Shown in pieces: positions 21,045 through 29,733 of a DNA stretch of 34,337 bases. The position numbers were made by a program, and so were the translations under genes. The DNA is from Candidatus Halomonas stercoripullorum. GTDB lineage: Bacteria > Pseudomonadota > Gammaproteobacteria > Pseudomonadales > Halomonadaceae. Each line of letters opens with the position of its first letter. Position 1 is the stretch's first letter. The DNA lies in contig DXFC01000325.1 in NCBI GenBank assembly GCA_019114645.1, positions 1-34,337 of the forward strand, given 5' to 3'. The notes below the pieces were generated by a model, which was not told where the DNA came from, searched no databases, and saw nothing but the letters and a program-made list of their open reading frames with translations.

Positions 21045-21506
21045 TCAATAACGCGGAGGTTGTGTCAGGGGCTCTTGCTCGGCAGCGGGCTTGAGCCCGA
21101 AGTCTTCCGATAGGGTGCCACCCGTGCCATCGGCATAATCGCGCGGAGTCGGGATATCTGCTTCCGCTCCAGCCAGAGCGGGCTGACCGGCTGCTGCCAG
21201 CTGATGGTCTACGGACTGGCCAACGGAAGCGTCACACTCCAGGGTGCTGGCATCCTCGGTCAGGCGATGTTCGAGCGTACGCATCTCACGCTGGATATTG
21301 TTCACCATCATCCCGACCTGGCTGAAATGCTCATTCAGGCCTGTGCGCAGTGTCTCCAGCTCACGCTCACGTTCAGTGACTTGCCGGCGCAGCGCCTGTG
21401 TCTGCTGGGTGGATGAATTGAGCAGATGGTAGCCGATGGCGCCGATGCCCAGCCCCGCCAACAGACTGACAATAGCCACGATCCAGTTCACGTTGTCATA
21501 CTCCAC
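21045..21506 (-). CDS. zapG: ZapG/YhcB (DUF1043) inner-membrane protein
   Basis: GTG start at 21506 with SD GGGGAG. N-terminal TM, coiled coil, EHF motif, PRDYA..GTLSEDFGL. Divergent from zapE. Confidence 0.88.
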   Translation of the reverse strand: MEYDNVNWIVAIVSLLAGLGIGAIGYHLLNSSTQQTQALRRQVTERERELETLRTGLNEHFSQVGMMVNNIQREMRTLEHRLTEDASTLECDASVGQSVDHQLAAAGQPALAGAEADIPTPRDYADGTGGTLSEDFGLKPAAEQEPLTQPPRY

Positions 21507-21582
21507 GAAATTCTCCCCGAATACCGGTATGCGCGATGTAGCGCAGCCGCCCGGCTCGAAGCGTGCCGGGTCTGGCTTGCCC

Positions 21583-21613
21583 ATTATAGAAGCGTCGCCA
21601 GTGGGCAGGTCAA
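21583..21613 (-). promoter_or_regulatory. Putative promoter for zapG (TTGACC-19-TATAAT)
   Basis: Perfect TATAAT on the minus strand at 21588-21583. TTGACC lies upstream, but the 19-bp spacer is long. Confidence 0.4.
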
Positions 21614-21668
21614 TCTCCGACGGCTGGGTCGGTAGATGCTTTATTCTGCGCCAGTCGATGTGGAGGCG

Positions 21669-21674
21669 TATAAT
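21669..21674 (+). promoter_or_regulatory. Putative -10 box (TATAAT) for zapE
   Basis: Perfect TATAAT 45 nt upstream of the zapE ATG in GC-rich context. The -35 match is poor. Confidence 0.45.
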
Positions 21675-21719
21675 GGCTGGCCAGCAATACCATGAGCCAA
21701 GACCATCAAGGAATTCTGC

Positions 21720-22901
21720 ATGTCCGTGACTGCGCCTGCCACTGCGCCTCGCTCGGCCGCCGCTGGCACTCCTCTGACCCGCTATCGGGCCGACCTCGAG
21801 CGCGACGACTTTCAGTACGATCCCGCCCAGGAGCGGGCTGTCGAACATCTGCAACATCTTTACGACCAATTGCTGGCGTCGCCGCGTACCGAGCCGCTTT
21901 CCGTGACGACGGGGCGTGGCCTCAAGTCACGTGTCGCGGGGCTGTTCGGCAAGCGGGAGAAGGTCGCCGAGCCAAAGGCCCCGGCGATCCGGGGGCTCTA
22001 CTTTTGGGGCGGAGTGGGGCGCGGCAAGACCTACCTGGTGGATACCTTCTATGAGTCGCTGCCATTTTCCGACAAGCTGCGCACCCACTTCCATCGGTTT
22101 ATGCAACGGGTGCACAACGAGCTTGAGCACTATAAGGGGCAGAAGAATCCGCTGACCTTGATTGCCGCCAAGTTTGCGGCTGAAGCCCGGGTGATCTGCT
22201 TCGATGAGTTTTTCGTCAAGGACATCACCGATGCGATGATCCTGGCGAACCTGCTCGAAGCGCTATTCGATCGCGGTGTGGTGTTGGTGGCGACTTCGAA
22301 CATCGTGCCTGACGACCTCTACAAGGACGGTTTGCAGCGGGCTCGCTTTTTGCCGGCAATTGAGTTGATCAAGCGCCACTGTGAAGTGGTCAATGTGGAT
22401 TCGGGGATCGACTATCGCCTGCGGGCCTTGCAGCGTGCCGAGATTTTTCATGCACCGCTGGATGCGGCTGCCGAGCAAGAGCTGGCGCGCAGTTTTCGTG
22501 AAATCGCCGGGCATGCGGGTGAGGCCGATGTCACCCTGGAGGTCAATCATCGCCTGCTTAAAGCGCGGCGACTGCACGATGATGTCGTGTGGTTCGAATT
22601 CCGTGAACTGTGCGATGGTCCGCGTAGCCAGAATGACTACATCGAGCTGGCGCGTGAGTTTCATACAGTATTGGTGGCCAATGTGCCACGTATGGGGGCG
22701 GCGCAGGATGATCAGATTCGTCGATTCATCAATATGGTCGATGAGTTTTATGATCGTGGTGTCAAGCTGTTGATGTCGGCCGAAGTGGCGGCGGAGCAGT
22801 TGTACGCCGGTGGGCGACTCGAGTTCGAATTCCAGCGCACCTTGTCGCGCCTGCAGGAGATGCAGTCTCACGAGTACCTGGCCTTGCCCCATAAACCGTG
22901 A
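21720..22901 (+). CDS. zapE: Cell division ATPase ZapE (AFG1 family)
   Basis: GLYFWGGVGRGKT, HFHRFM, CFDEFFVKDITDAMIL, ATSN, GLQRARFLP, FQRTLSRLQEM. Confidence 0.96.
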   Translation: MSVTAPATAPRSAAAGTPLTRYRADLERDDFQYDPAQERAVEHLQHLYDQLLASPRTEPLSVTTGRGLKSRVAGLFGKREKVAEPKAPAIRGLYFWGGVGRGKTYLVDTFYESLPFSDKLRTHFHRFMQRVHNELEHYKGQKNPLTLIAAKFAAEARVICFDEFFVKDITDAMILANLLEALFDRGVVLVATSNIVPDDLYKDGLQRARFLPAIELIKRHCEVVNVDSGIDYRLRALQRAEIFHAPLDAAAEQELARSFREIAGHAGEADVTLEVNHRLLKARRLHDDVVWFEFRELCDGPRSQNDYIELAREFHTVLVANVPRMGAAQDDQIRRFINMVDEFYDRGVKLLMSAEVAAEQLYAGGRLEFEFQRTLSRLQEMQSHEYLALPHKP

Positions 22902-22919
22902 CAATTACGCTGGTGGGGC

Positions 22920-22948
22920 TTTATCCGGACAGGGCTCTCGTATAGAAT
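22920..22948 (+). promoter_or_regulatory. Putative sigma-70 promoter of rplM-rpsI (TTTATC-17-TAGAAT) with GC-rich discriminator
   Basis: TAGAAT at 22943-22948 followed by ACCGCC; 17-bp spacer to TTTATC. Confidence 0.55.
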
Positions 22949-22954
22949 ACCGCC

Positions 22955-23069
22955 TCCTTGCCCGTTGTCGTTGCTGTCAATAATGACGACAACCAAGAAA
23001 AATAGGGATGATTGCGTAAGCGCTACGATTAACGCAGTCCAACACACTTGTTTGATTTTGTGGTGTTCC
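22955..23069 (+). promoter_or_regulatory. Structured rplM 5' leader (three hairpins; candidate L13 autoregulatory element)
   Basis: Stems at 22964-22993, 23010-23039 and 23041-23067, read directly from the sequence. Confidence 0.5.
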
Positions 23070-23498
23070 ATGAAAACGTTCACAGCTAAGCCGCAGTCCG
23101 TGCAGCGCGACTGGTATGTCGTCGATGCGGCCGACAAGACGCTCGGCCGTCTGGCAACCGAAATCGCACGTCGCCTACGCGGCAAGCACAAGCCCGAATT
23201 CACCCCTCATGTTGATACCGGCGATTACATCGTGGTGATCAATGCCGAGAAGGTGCGTGTTACCGGCAACAAGGCCCAGGCCAAGACCTACTACCGCCAC
23301 ACCGGATTTCCGGGCGGTTTGCGCTCCATGAGCTTCGAAAAAATGATCGCACACGCTCCTGAGCGGGTTATCGAATCCGCCGTCAAGGGCATGCTGCCTC
23401 GCGGACCGTTGGGTCGCGCCATGTATTCGAAGCTGAAGGTCTATGCCGGCGCTGAACATCCGCACGCCGCCCAGCAGCCGCAAGTATTGAACATCTGA
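23070..23498 (+). CDS. rplM: 50S ribosomal protein L13
   Basis: [55 protein letters not shown]. Start trimmed to the ATG at 23070. Confidence 0.99.
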   Translation: MKTFTAKPQSVQRDWYVVDAADKTLGRLATEIARRLRGKHKPEFTPHVDTGDYIVVINAEKVRVTGNKAQAKTYYRHTGFPGGLRSMSFEKMIAHAPERVIESAVKGMLPRGPLGRAMYSKLKVYAGAEHPHAAQQPQVLNI

Positions 23499-23511
23499 GG
23501 GGAACATTATC

Positions 23512-23901
23512 ATGGCACAGCAGTATTACGGCACAGGGCGCCGCAAGACTTCAACCGCCCGCGTCTTCCTCAAGCCGGGTACCGGCAAAATCACGATCAA
23601 CAATCGTGAGCTTGAGCAGTATTTCGGTCGTGTTACCGGACGCATGGTGGTACGTCAGCCACTGGAACTGACTGAAACCACCGGCCAGTTCGATATCTAC
23701 GTCACGGTCAAGGGGGGTGGTAGCTCTGCCCAGGCAGGCGCCATTCGTCATGGTATTACCCGTGCGCTGATGGATTACAATGAAGAACTGCGTCCCACTC
23801 TGCGCGCTGCAGGTTTCGTGACCCGCGATGCGCGTGAAGTTGAGCGTAAGAAGGTCGGCCTGCGTAAGGCACGTCGTCGTCCGCAGTTCTCCAAGCGTTA
23901 A
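23512..23901 (+). CDS. rpsI: 30S ribosomal protein S9
   Basis: [53 protein letters not shown]. Confidence 0.99.
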   Translation: MAQQYYGTGRRKTSTARVFLKPGTGKITINNRELEQYFGRVTGRMVVRQPLELTETTGQFDIYVTVKGGGSSAQAGAIRHGITRALMDYNEELRPTLRAAGFVTRDAREVERKKVGLRKARRRPQFSKR

Positions 23902-23918
23902 TCAAAGCGGCATGCGAC

Positions 23919-23949
23919 AAAAAACCCGGGCTTGTGTCCGGGTTTTTTT
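23919..23949 (+). terminator. Rho-independent terminator after rpsI (A- and T-tracts on both sides)
   Basis: AAAAAACCCGG-gcttgtgt-CCGGGTTTTTTT. Confidence 0.88.
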
Positions 23950-24008
23950 GTTCTTGATATTTCAGGGGTTTATAAAAGAAATACTATCCTGTCTGGATGG
24001 GGCTCGCC

Positions 24009-24037
24009 TTGTGCGAAGCGGTACGATTCCTTAAGAT
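24009..24037 (+). promoter_or_regulatory. Putative sigma-70 promoter of petABC (TTGTGC-17-TAAGAT)
   Basis: 17-bp spacer; about 80 nt upstream of the petA ATG. Confidence 0.4.
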
Positions 24038-24115
24038 ATGCCGAATTTGGTATCCGTGGCCGCAAAATGCGTTCCGAGCAGGATTAACGGGTAAGCTGAT
24101 GGGAGAGACCAGAGT

Positions 24116-24709
24116 ATGGCAGACAACGGCGTGAACAAAGGGCGGCGCCGCCTGCTCCTGGGTGCCACCACCGTCGTAGGGGCGGTGGGGGCCGTAGGGG
24201 TGGCGGTTCCCTTTGTGGCATCCTGGCAGCCGAGTGCCAGGGCAAGAGCGGCCGGGGCACCGGTAACCGCAGACGTTTCGAAACTTGAGCCGGGACAGCG
24301 GATGATCGCTGAGTGGCGTGGTCGGCCTGTATGGATCGTGCGACGCACCCCCGAGATGATTGAGCTGACCGAAAACTTCGATACTTCGCGCCTGGCCGAC
24401 CCTGACTCGAATGAGCCGCAGCAGCCTGACTATGTCTCGGGACCGCTGCGCTCCTTGCGTCCAGAATATTCTGTGCTGATCGGGATTTGCACGCACCTGG
24501 GCTGCTCGCCGCTCTACCGCCCTGCGCCAGAGGATATCGATATGGAGGCCTGGCCTGGCGGCTATTTCTGCCCCTGTCACGGCTCCTACTTCGATTTGTC
24601 AGGACGGGTGTTCCGCAACGTACCGGCACCGACGAACCTGGAAGTGCCACCGTATCGCTTTGAAAGTGATGATGTGATCGTGGTCGGTGAAGATGAGGAG
24701 GCTGCGTGA
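24116..24709 (+). CDS. petA: Cytochrome bc1 Rieske iron-sulfur subunit
   Basis: Tat-type RRRLL signal anchor, CTHLGC and CPCHGS Rieske boxes, PAPTNL. Confidence 0.97.
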   Translation: MADNGVNKGRRRLLLGATTVVGAVGAVGVAVPFVASWQPSARARAAGAPVTADVSKLEPGQRMIAEWRGRPVWIVRRTPEMIELTENFDTSRLADPDSNEPQQPDYVSGPLRSLRPEYSVLIGICTHLGCSPLYRPAPEDIDMEAWPGGYFCPCHGSYFDLSGRVFRNVPAPTNLEVPPYRFESDDVIVVGEDEEAA

Positions 24710-25968
24710 TGGCTAATCCGAACAAGGCGATGGCGGAAAAAGGGATCATGCGCTGGGTAGATGAGCGCTTCCCCGCCACCCAGATGTGGCAAGACCATCT
24801 GTCCAAGTACTACGCTCCCAAGAACTTCAACTTCTGGTACTTTTTTGGTTCACTGGCACTGCTGGTGCTGGTCAACCAGATCCTTACCGGCGTCTGGCTC
24901 ACCATGAGCTACAACCCGACTTCCGAGGGTGCGTTTGCCTCTGTCGAGTACATCATGCGCGATGTGGAGTACGGCTGGCTGATTCGCTACCTCCACTCAA
25001 CGGGTGCCTCGGCTTTCTTCGTGGTGGTTTACCTGCACATGTTCCGCGCGCTGCTTTACGGGTCCTACAAGGCGCCCCGCGAGCTGGTGTGGATCTTTGG
25101 CATGGCCATCTACCTGATGCTGATGGCCGAAGCCTTCATGGGCTACCTGCTGCCTTGGGGCCAGATGTCTTACTGGGGTGCTCAGGTCATCATCTCGCTG
25201 TTCTCGGCGATTCCTTTCATCGGACCCGACCTGGCACAGTGGGTGCGTGGTGATTACCTGATCTCCGGTATCACTCTGAACCGCTTCTTTGCCCTGCACG
25301 TGGTAGCACTGCCTATCGTGATCCTGGCGCTGGTCGTGTTGCATATCATTGCGCTGCACGAGGTGGGTTCCAACAACCCCGACGGCATCGACATCAAGGC
25401 CAAGAAGGACGAGACCGGCAAGCCGCTTGACGGTATTCCGTTCCATCCTTACTACACGGTCAAGGATATCGTGGGCGTTGCGGTCTTCCTGTTCGTATTT
25501 GCTGCGGTGGTGTTCTACTTCCCCGAGGGTGGCGGTTACTTCATCGAGAAACCCAACTTCGAACCGGCCAACCCGATGGTGACGCCGGATCATATTGCAC
25601 CGGTTTGGTACTTCACCCCGTTCTACGCCATTTTGCGGGCCATCACTTTCAGCCTGTTCGGTCTTGATGCCAAGTTCCTGGGTGTGGTCTTCATGGGGGG
25701 GGCCATAGCAGTGCTGTTCGTGCTGCCCTGGCTTGACCGTAGTCCGGTGAACTCGATTCGCTATAAAGGCTGGTTGTCCAAGATTGCCCTGGTACTGTTT
25801 GCTGTCAGCTTTGTGGTGTTGGGTGTGCTGGGTGCGATTCCGGCGACACCGCTGCGTACCGCACTGGCACAGCTGTGCACCGCGATCTACTTCGCCTTCT
25901 TCCTGCTGATGCCGCTCTATACCAGGCTGGAGAAGACCAAACCGCTACCGGAAAGGGTAACTGGCTAA
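24709..25968 (+). CDS. petB: Cytochrome b of the bc1 complex
   Basis: RYLHSTGAS, YLHMFR, LPWGQMSYWGA, RFFALHV, LHIIALH, PFHPYY, Qo motif PVWY. Start overlaps the petA stop (TGATG). Confidence 0.98.
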   Translation: MANPNKAMAEKGIMRWVDERFPATQMWQDHLSKYYAPKNFNFWYFFGSLALLVLVNQILTGVWLTMSYNPTSEGAFASVEYIMRDVEYGWLIRYLHSTGASAFFVVVYLHMFRALLYGSYKAPRELVWIFGMAIYLMLMAEAFMGYLLPWGQMSYWGAQVIISLFSAIPFIGPDLAQWVRGDYLISGITLNRFFALHVVALPIVILALVVLHIIALHEVGSNNPDGIDIKAKKDETGKPLDGIPFHPYYTVKDIVGVAVFLFVFAAVVFYFPEGGGYFIEKPNFEPANPMVTPDHIAPVWYFTPFYAILRAITFSLFGLDAKFLGVVFMGGAIAVLFVLPWLDRSPVNSIRYKGWLSKIALVLFAVSFVVLGVLGAIPATPLRTALAQLCTAIYFAFFLLMPLYTRLEKTKPLPERVTG

Positions 25969-26735
25969 TGAAAAAGCAACTGTTCGCACTGCTCTTTGCG
26001 CTGGTGCCTTTCACGGCCTTTGCCGCACCAGCTGCAGATGTCCCTTTTTCGATGACGCCGGATCTGCGTGACGAAGCATCGTTGCAGCGTGGCATGCAGC
26101 TCTATGTCAACTACTGCATGGGCTGCCACTCGCTGGAGCACCAGCGCTTCGCACGTGCCGCAGAGGATATTGGCATGCCCCAGGACCTGGTCGAGGAGAA
26201 TCTGATCTTCTCTTCCAGTCAGGCATACAATGACCAGATGCAGAATGCCATGCAGCGTGATGATGCGGCCAACTGGTTTGGTGCTCCGGCACCTGACCTG
26301 ACCCTGCACGGTCGTTTGCGTGGTGCTGATTGGATCTACTCCTATCTGCTGACCTTCTACCGTGATCCCAGTCGTCCCAATGGGGTCAACAACGAAGTCT
26401 TCGATATGGTCGCCATGCCCAACGTGCTGGAACCGTTACAAGGGGTTCAGGAGAAGGTGTGTGCCGAGACTGATCGTCCCACGGCAGGCGCTGAGCTGGA
26501 TCCGCTGACAGGCAAGTATCAGTCCTGCGATGTGCTGCAGATCACTCAGCCGGGTAGCATGGAGCCGGCCGAGTTTGAAGAAGCGGTCTACGACCTGACC
26601 AACTTCCTGGCCTATGTGGGTGAGCCGTCCAAGCTGCAAGCGCAGGTGCTGGGCCCGAAGGTGCTGATATTCATCTTCATCTTCGGTGTGCTGGCTTATC
26701 TGCTCAAGCGTGAGTACTGGCGCGATATTAAATAA
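25968..26735 (+). CDS. petC: Cytochrome c1
   Basis: Signal peptide MKKQLFALL, CMGCH haem motif, PDL, AMPNVL, C-terminal TM and LKREYWRDIK. TAATG coupling to petB. Confidence 0.96.
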   Translation: MKKQLFALLFALVPFTAFAAPAADVPFSMTPDLRDEASLQRGMQLYVNYCMGCHSLEHQRFARAAEDIGMPQDLVEENLIFSSSQAYNDQMQNAMQRDDAANWFGAPAPDLTLHGRLRGADWIYSYLLTFYRDPSRPNGVNNEVFDMVAMPNVLEPLQGVQEKVCAETDRPTAGAELDPLTGKYQSCDVLQITQPGSMEPAEFEEAVYDLTNFLAYVGEPSKLQAQVLGPKVLIFIFIFGVLAYLLKREYWRDIK

Positions 26736-26754
26736 GCCACTTGTGTTGAGGTGT

Positions 26755-26792
26755 TGAAAGGGCGCATGGTCTTCGTGGCCATGCGCCTTTTC
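26755..26792 (+). terminator. Rho-independent terminator after petC
   Basis: TGAAAGGGCGCATGGTC-ttcgt-GGCCATGCGCCTTTTCA hairpin ending in a T-run. Confidence 0.8.
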
Positions 26793-26837
26793 ATCGCTGT
26801 GAGTAAGTACTAGCAGGACACCTCAAGTGCGGTGACG

Positions 26838-26846
26838 TGCTATCAT
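26838..26846 (+). promoter_or_regulatory. Putative extended -10 promoter (TGcTATCAT) for sspAB
   Basis: TG-C-TATCAT 30 nt upstream of the sspA ATG, just downstream of the petC terminator. Confidence 0.5.
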
Positions 26847-26876
26847 CGTGATTCGAATTGATGTGAGGATTGTTAC

Positions 26877-27503
26877 ATGGGTGTAGTGGCCAAGCGGTCG
26901 TCGATGATCTTCTATTCAGGTAATGATGATCACTTCAGTCAGCGTGTACGTATCGTGCTTGCAGAGAAAGGGGTGGCTGTCGATATTGTTGAAATCAGTG
27001 GTGACCAGCATCCCGAGGAGCTCGCTGATCTGAACCCCTACAACAGCGTTCCGACGCTGGTTGACCGTGACCTGGTGCTGTATGAATCCAAGGTCATGAT
27101 GGAGTACCTCGACGAGCGCTTTCCTCATCCGCCGTTGCTGCCGGTTTATCCCGTCGCACGTGCGCAAAGCCGTCTCTGGATGCATCGTATCGAGCGCGAA
27201 TGGTGCCCTCTGGTCGTGCAGATCGAGAATGGCACCAAAAAGGAAGCAGAGAGCGCACGCAAGCAGCTGCGCGAGAGCCTGATCGGCATCTCGCCCATCT
27301 TTGAGGATATGCCTTTCTTCATGAGTGAGGACTTCTCGCTGGTGGATTGCTGTATCGCTCCGTTGCTCTGGCGTTTGCCGGCACTTGGTATTGAGCTGCC
27401 CGAGAAACAGGTCAAGCCGCTCTTGGCTTATATGGAGCGTTTATTCGAGCGCGAGGCCTTTGTGTCATCGTTGAATGAGATCGAACGCGAAATGCGTGCT
27501 TGA
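26877..27503 (+). CDS. sspA: Stringent starvation protein A
   Basis: [57 protein letters not shown]. Confidence 0.97.
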   Translation: MGVVAKRSSMIFYSGNDDHFSQRVRIVLAEKGVAVDIVEISGDQHPEELADLNPYNSVPTLVDRDLVLYESKVMMEYLDERFPHPPLLPVYPVARAQSRLWMHRIEREWCPLVVQIENGTKKEAESARKQLRESLIGISPIFEDMPFFMSEDFSLVDCCIAPLLWRLPALGIELPEKQVKPLLAYMERLFEREAFVSSLNEIEREMRA

Positions 27504-27553
27504 GTCGGTAATTGTTACGGTCGATGCCGGCTTCAACAGGAGGAGGGCAGCAG

Positions 27554-28021
27554 ATGTCTTCAAGCCGTCCCTATCTCGCCAGGGCGCTCTATGAGTGGCT
27601 GCTGGATAATGAGCTTACGCCTTACATTGTGGTGGATGCGGATCAGCCTGATGTCCGGGTACCGCGGCAGTTTGTGCAGAATGGACAGATCGTTTTGAAC
27701 ATTGGGCCGACTGCCGTACGCGATTTGTTGATCGGCAATGATGGTATCACTTTCCATGCCCGCTTCAGTGGGCAGCCAATGCAGGTGGTCGTTCCCATGC
27801 CTGCCTTGATTGCTGTCTATGCGCGTGAGAATGGAGTGGGCATGGTATTTGGCCACGAGCCCTGTTTGCCGGCAGACGGGGAGAAAGGTGGGCCAGATTC
27901 ACGGCCTGAGCTGAGAGAGGTCGAAGAGAGTGATGCGGCAGAGCGCGAGGCTGCAGACCACACGAAGCCTGGTGAGGTTGCCGATACCAAAAAGCGTCCA
28001 TCACTGCGCGTAGTGAAGTAG
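27554..28021 (+). CDS. sspB: ClpXP adaptor SspB
   Basis: SSRPYLARALYEWLLDNELTPY, GQIVLNI, ARFSG, YARENGVGMVF, C-terminal RPSLRVVK ClpX-binding tail. Start ATG 27554 with SD GGAGG. Confidence 0.95.
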   Translation: MSSSRPYLARALYEWLLDNELTPYIVVDADQPDVRVPRQFVQNGQIVLNIGPTAVRDLLIGNDGITFHARFSGQPMQVVVPMPALIAVYARENGVGMVFGHEPCLPADGEKGGPDSRPELREVEESDAAEREAADHTKPGEVADTKKRPSLRVVK

Positions 28022-28066
28022 CTGTTTGGGCAGGCGGTGGTTGGTTGAGCTTAAGTGCGACAACAC

Positions 28067-28098
28067 AAAACGGCAGATCATGGATCTGCCGTTTTTTT
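28067..28098. terminator. Bidirectional Rho-independent terminator between convergent sspB and dolP
   Basis: AAAACGGCAGATC-atg-GATCTGCCGTTTTTTT. Confidence 0.88.
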
Positions 28099-28132
28099 GC
28101 GTTACACGCCTGTTAAAGATACTCGGCCTTGT

Positions 28133-28711
28133 TCAGTCAAGGTAGTCGAAGACCTTGACGATACGTTGGATGCCGCCGAGATCGGCGATGGCGTTGACGA
28201 TCCGGTCAGCCTCGGCGCGCGTGACGATGCCCATAATATACACCGTGGCGTTCTCGGTCACGAAACGCAGGCCATTGGTATCAATGGTCGGATCCGTGCC
28301 GAGTGAGGTACGGATGCGGGTATTGATCCAGGTATCGGAAAGGCGCTGGCTGGCTGGCAGGTTGGCGGCAACAGCGAGCTCGTTGTGTACATCACGTACA
28401 TTGCGTACCGCGCCGGCGATGTCGCTGGCCTTCTGCTTGAGTTCTTCACTGGGGACCTGGCCGGTCAGCAGTACAATGCCGTTGTAGCTGTCGACGTTAA
28501 TGCGTGCATCGCCAAGGCGCGCATCGGTGCGGCGTAAATTGTGGTTAATTTTTTGTTCGATATTGTTGTCCTCCACCCGGGCACCGGCGCTTCGTTCGCC
28601 GTAGTTTTCTTCAATGGTGCCGGGAGTCGTCGCGTTGGTGACTGTTGTGCAGCCACCAAATAGCAGGGCGGCGGTCGCCAAGAGACAGATAAAAAGAGAT
28701 CTTGAAGTCAT
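28133..28711 (-). CDS. dolP: Dual-BON-domain lipoprotein DolP/YraP
   Basis: Lipobox LFGGC, two BON domains (VLLTGQVP, VHNEL, DTWINTRI, VYIMGIVT). Start trimmed to the ATG at 28711 with SD AAGGA. Confidence 0.88.
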   Translation of the reverse strand: MTSRSLFICLLATAALLFGGCTTVTNATTPGTIEENYGERSAGARVEDNNIEQKINHNLRRTDARLGDARINVDSYNGIVLLTGQVPSEELKQKASDIAGAVRNVRDVHNELAVAANLPASQRLSDTWINTRIRTSLGTDPTIDTNGLRFVTENATVYIMGIVTRAEADRIVNAIADLGGIQRIVKVFDYLD

Positions 28712-28718
28712 GGTTTCC

Positions 28719-29336
<618 letters not shown>

Positions 29337-29346
29337 CTAGAGCCTG

Positions 29347-29733
29347 TCAGAACGCATCAAAGGCGCCCTGTACCCATTCGAAGTTGAGGTCGGGTGGGGT
29401 GCCGGTCACCGCCAGCACGTCGAAACGGCATGGACATGATAGCCGGTTACGGGCGAGATAAAAACGTGCGGCATGGATGAGACGTCGCTGTTTCAGTGGG
29501 GTGACGGTTTCCAGCGGATGGCCGTGGCGCACATTACTGCGATGACGCACTTCGACAAACACCAGGGTTTCGCCATCGCTCATCACCAGGTCCAGTTCGC
29601 CCCCCTTGAATTGCTGGTTGCTGGCGACCAGCGTCAGGCCGTGTGATGCGAGCCACTCGGCCGCAATACGTTCTATCCGCTGGCCGCGCGCCCGTGCGTT
29701 ACTCCCCGGATGCATTGTCAGAGATGCCATCAA
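29347..29733 (-). CDS. yraN: YraN family (UPF0102) putative PD-(D/E)xK nuclease
   Basis: G..E..A..L, GELDLVM, LVFVEVR, KQRRL..AA..YL, CRFDVLAV. Start may be 29715. Confidence 0.92.
   Translation of the reverse strand: MMASLTMHPGSNARARGQRIERIAAEWLASHGLTLVASNQQFKGGELDLVMSDGETLVFVEVRHRSNVRHGHPLETVTPLKQRRLIHAARFYLARNRLSCPCRFDVLAVTGTPPDLNFEWVQGAFDAF

Noticed and set aside
21507-21869. Long N-terminal extension of ZapG (also the extensions on yjgA, hpf, lptC, rplM, petC, dolP, lpoA)
   Set aside because: These are longest-ORF artefacts. Homology and SD sequences point to downstream starts.
23950-24000. AT-rich stretch with TTGAT upstream of petA as a possible FNR/Anr box or foreign DNA
   Set aside because: The second half-site (ATCAA) is absent. 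The stretch is short and consistent with ordinary promoter-upstream sequence.
25600-25611. Cytochrome b Qo motif reads PVWY instead of PEWY
   Set aside because: This is a known normal variant in beta- and gammaproteobacterial bc1 complexes.
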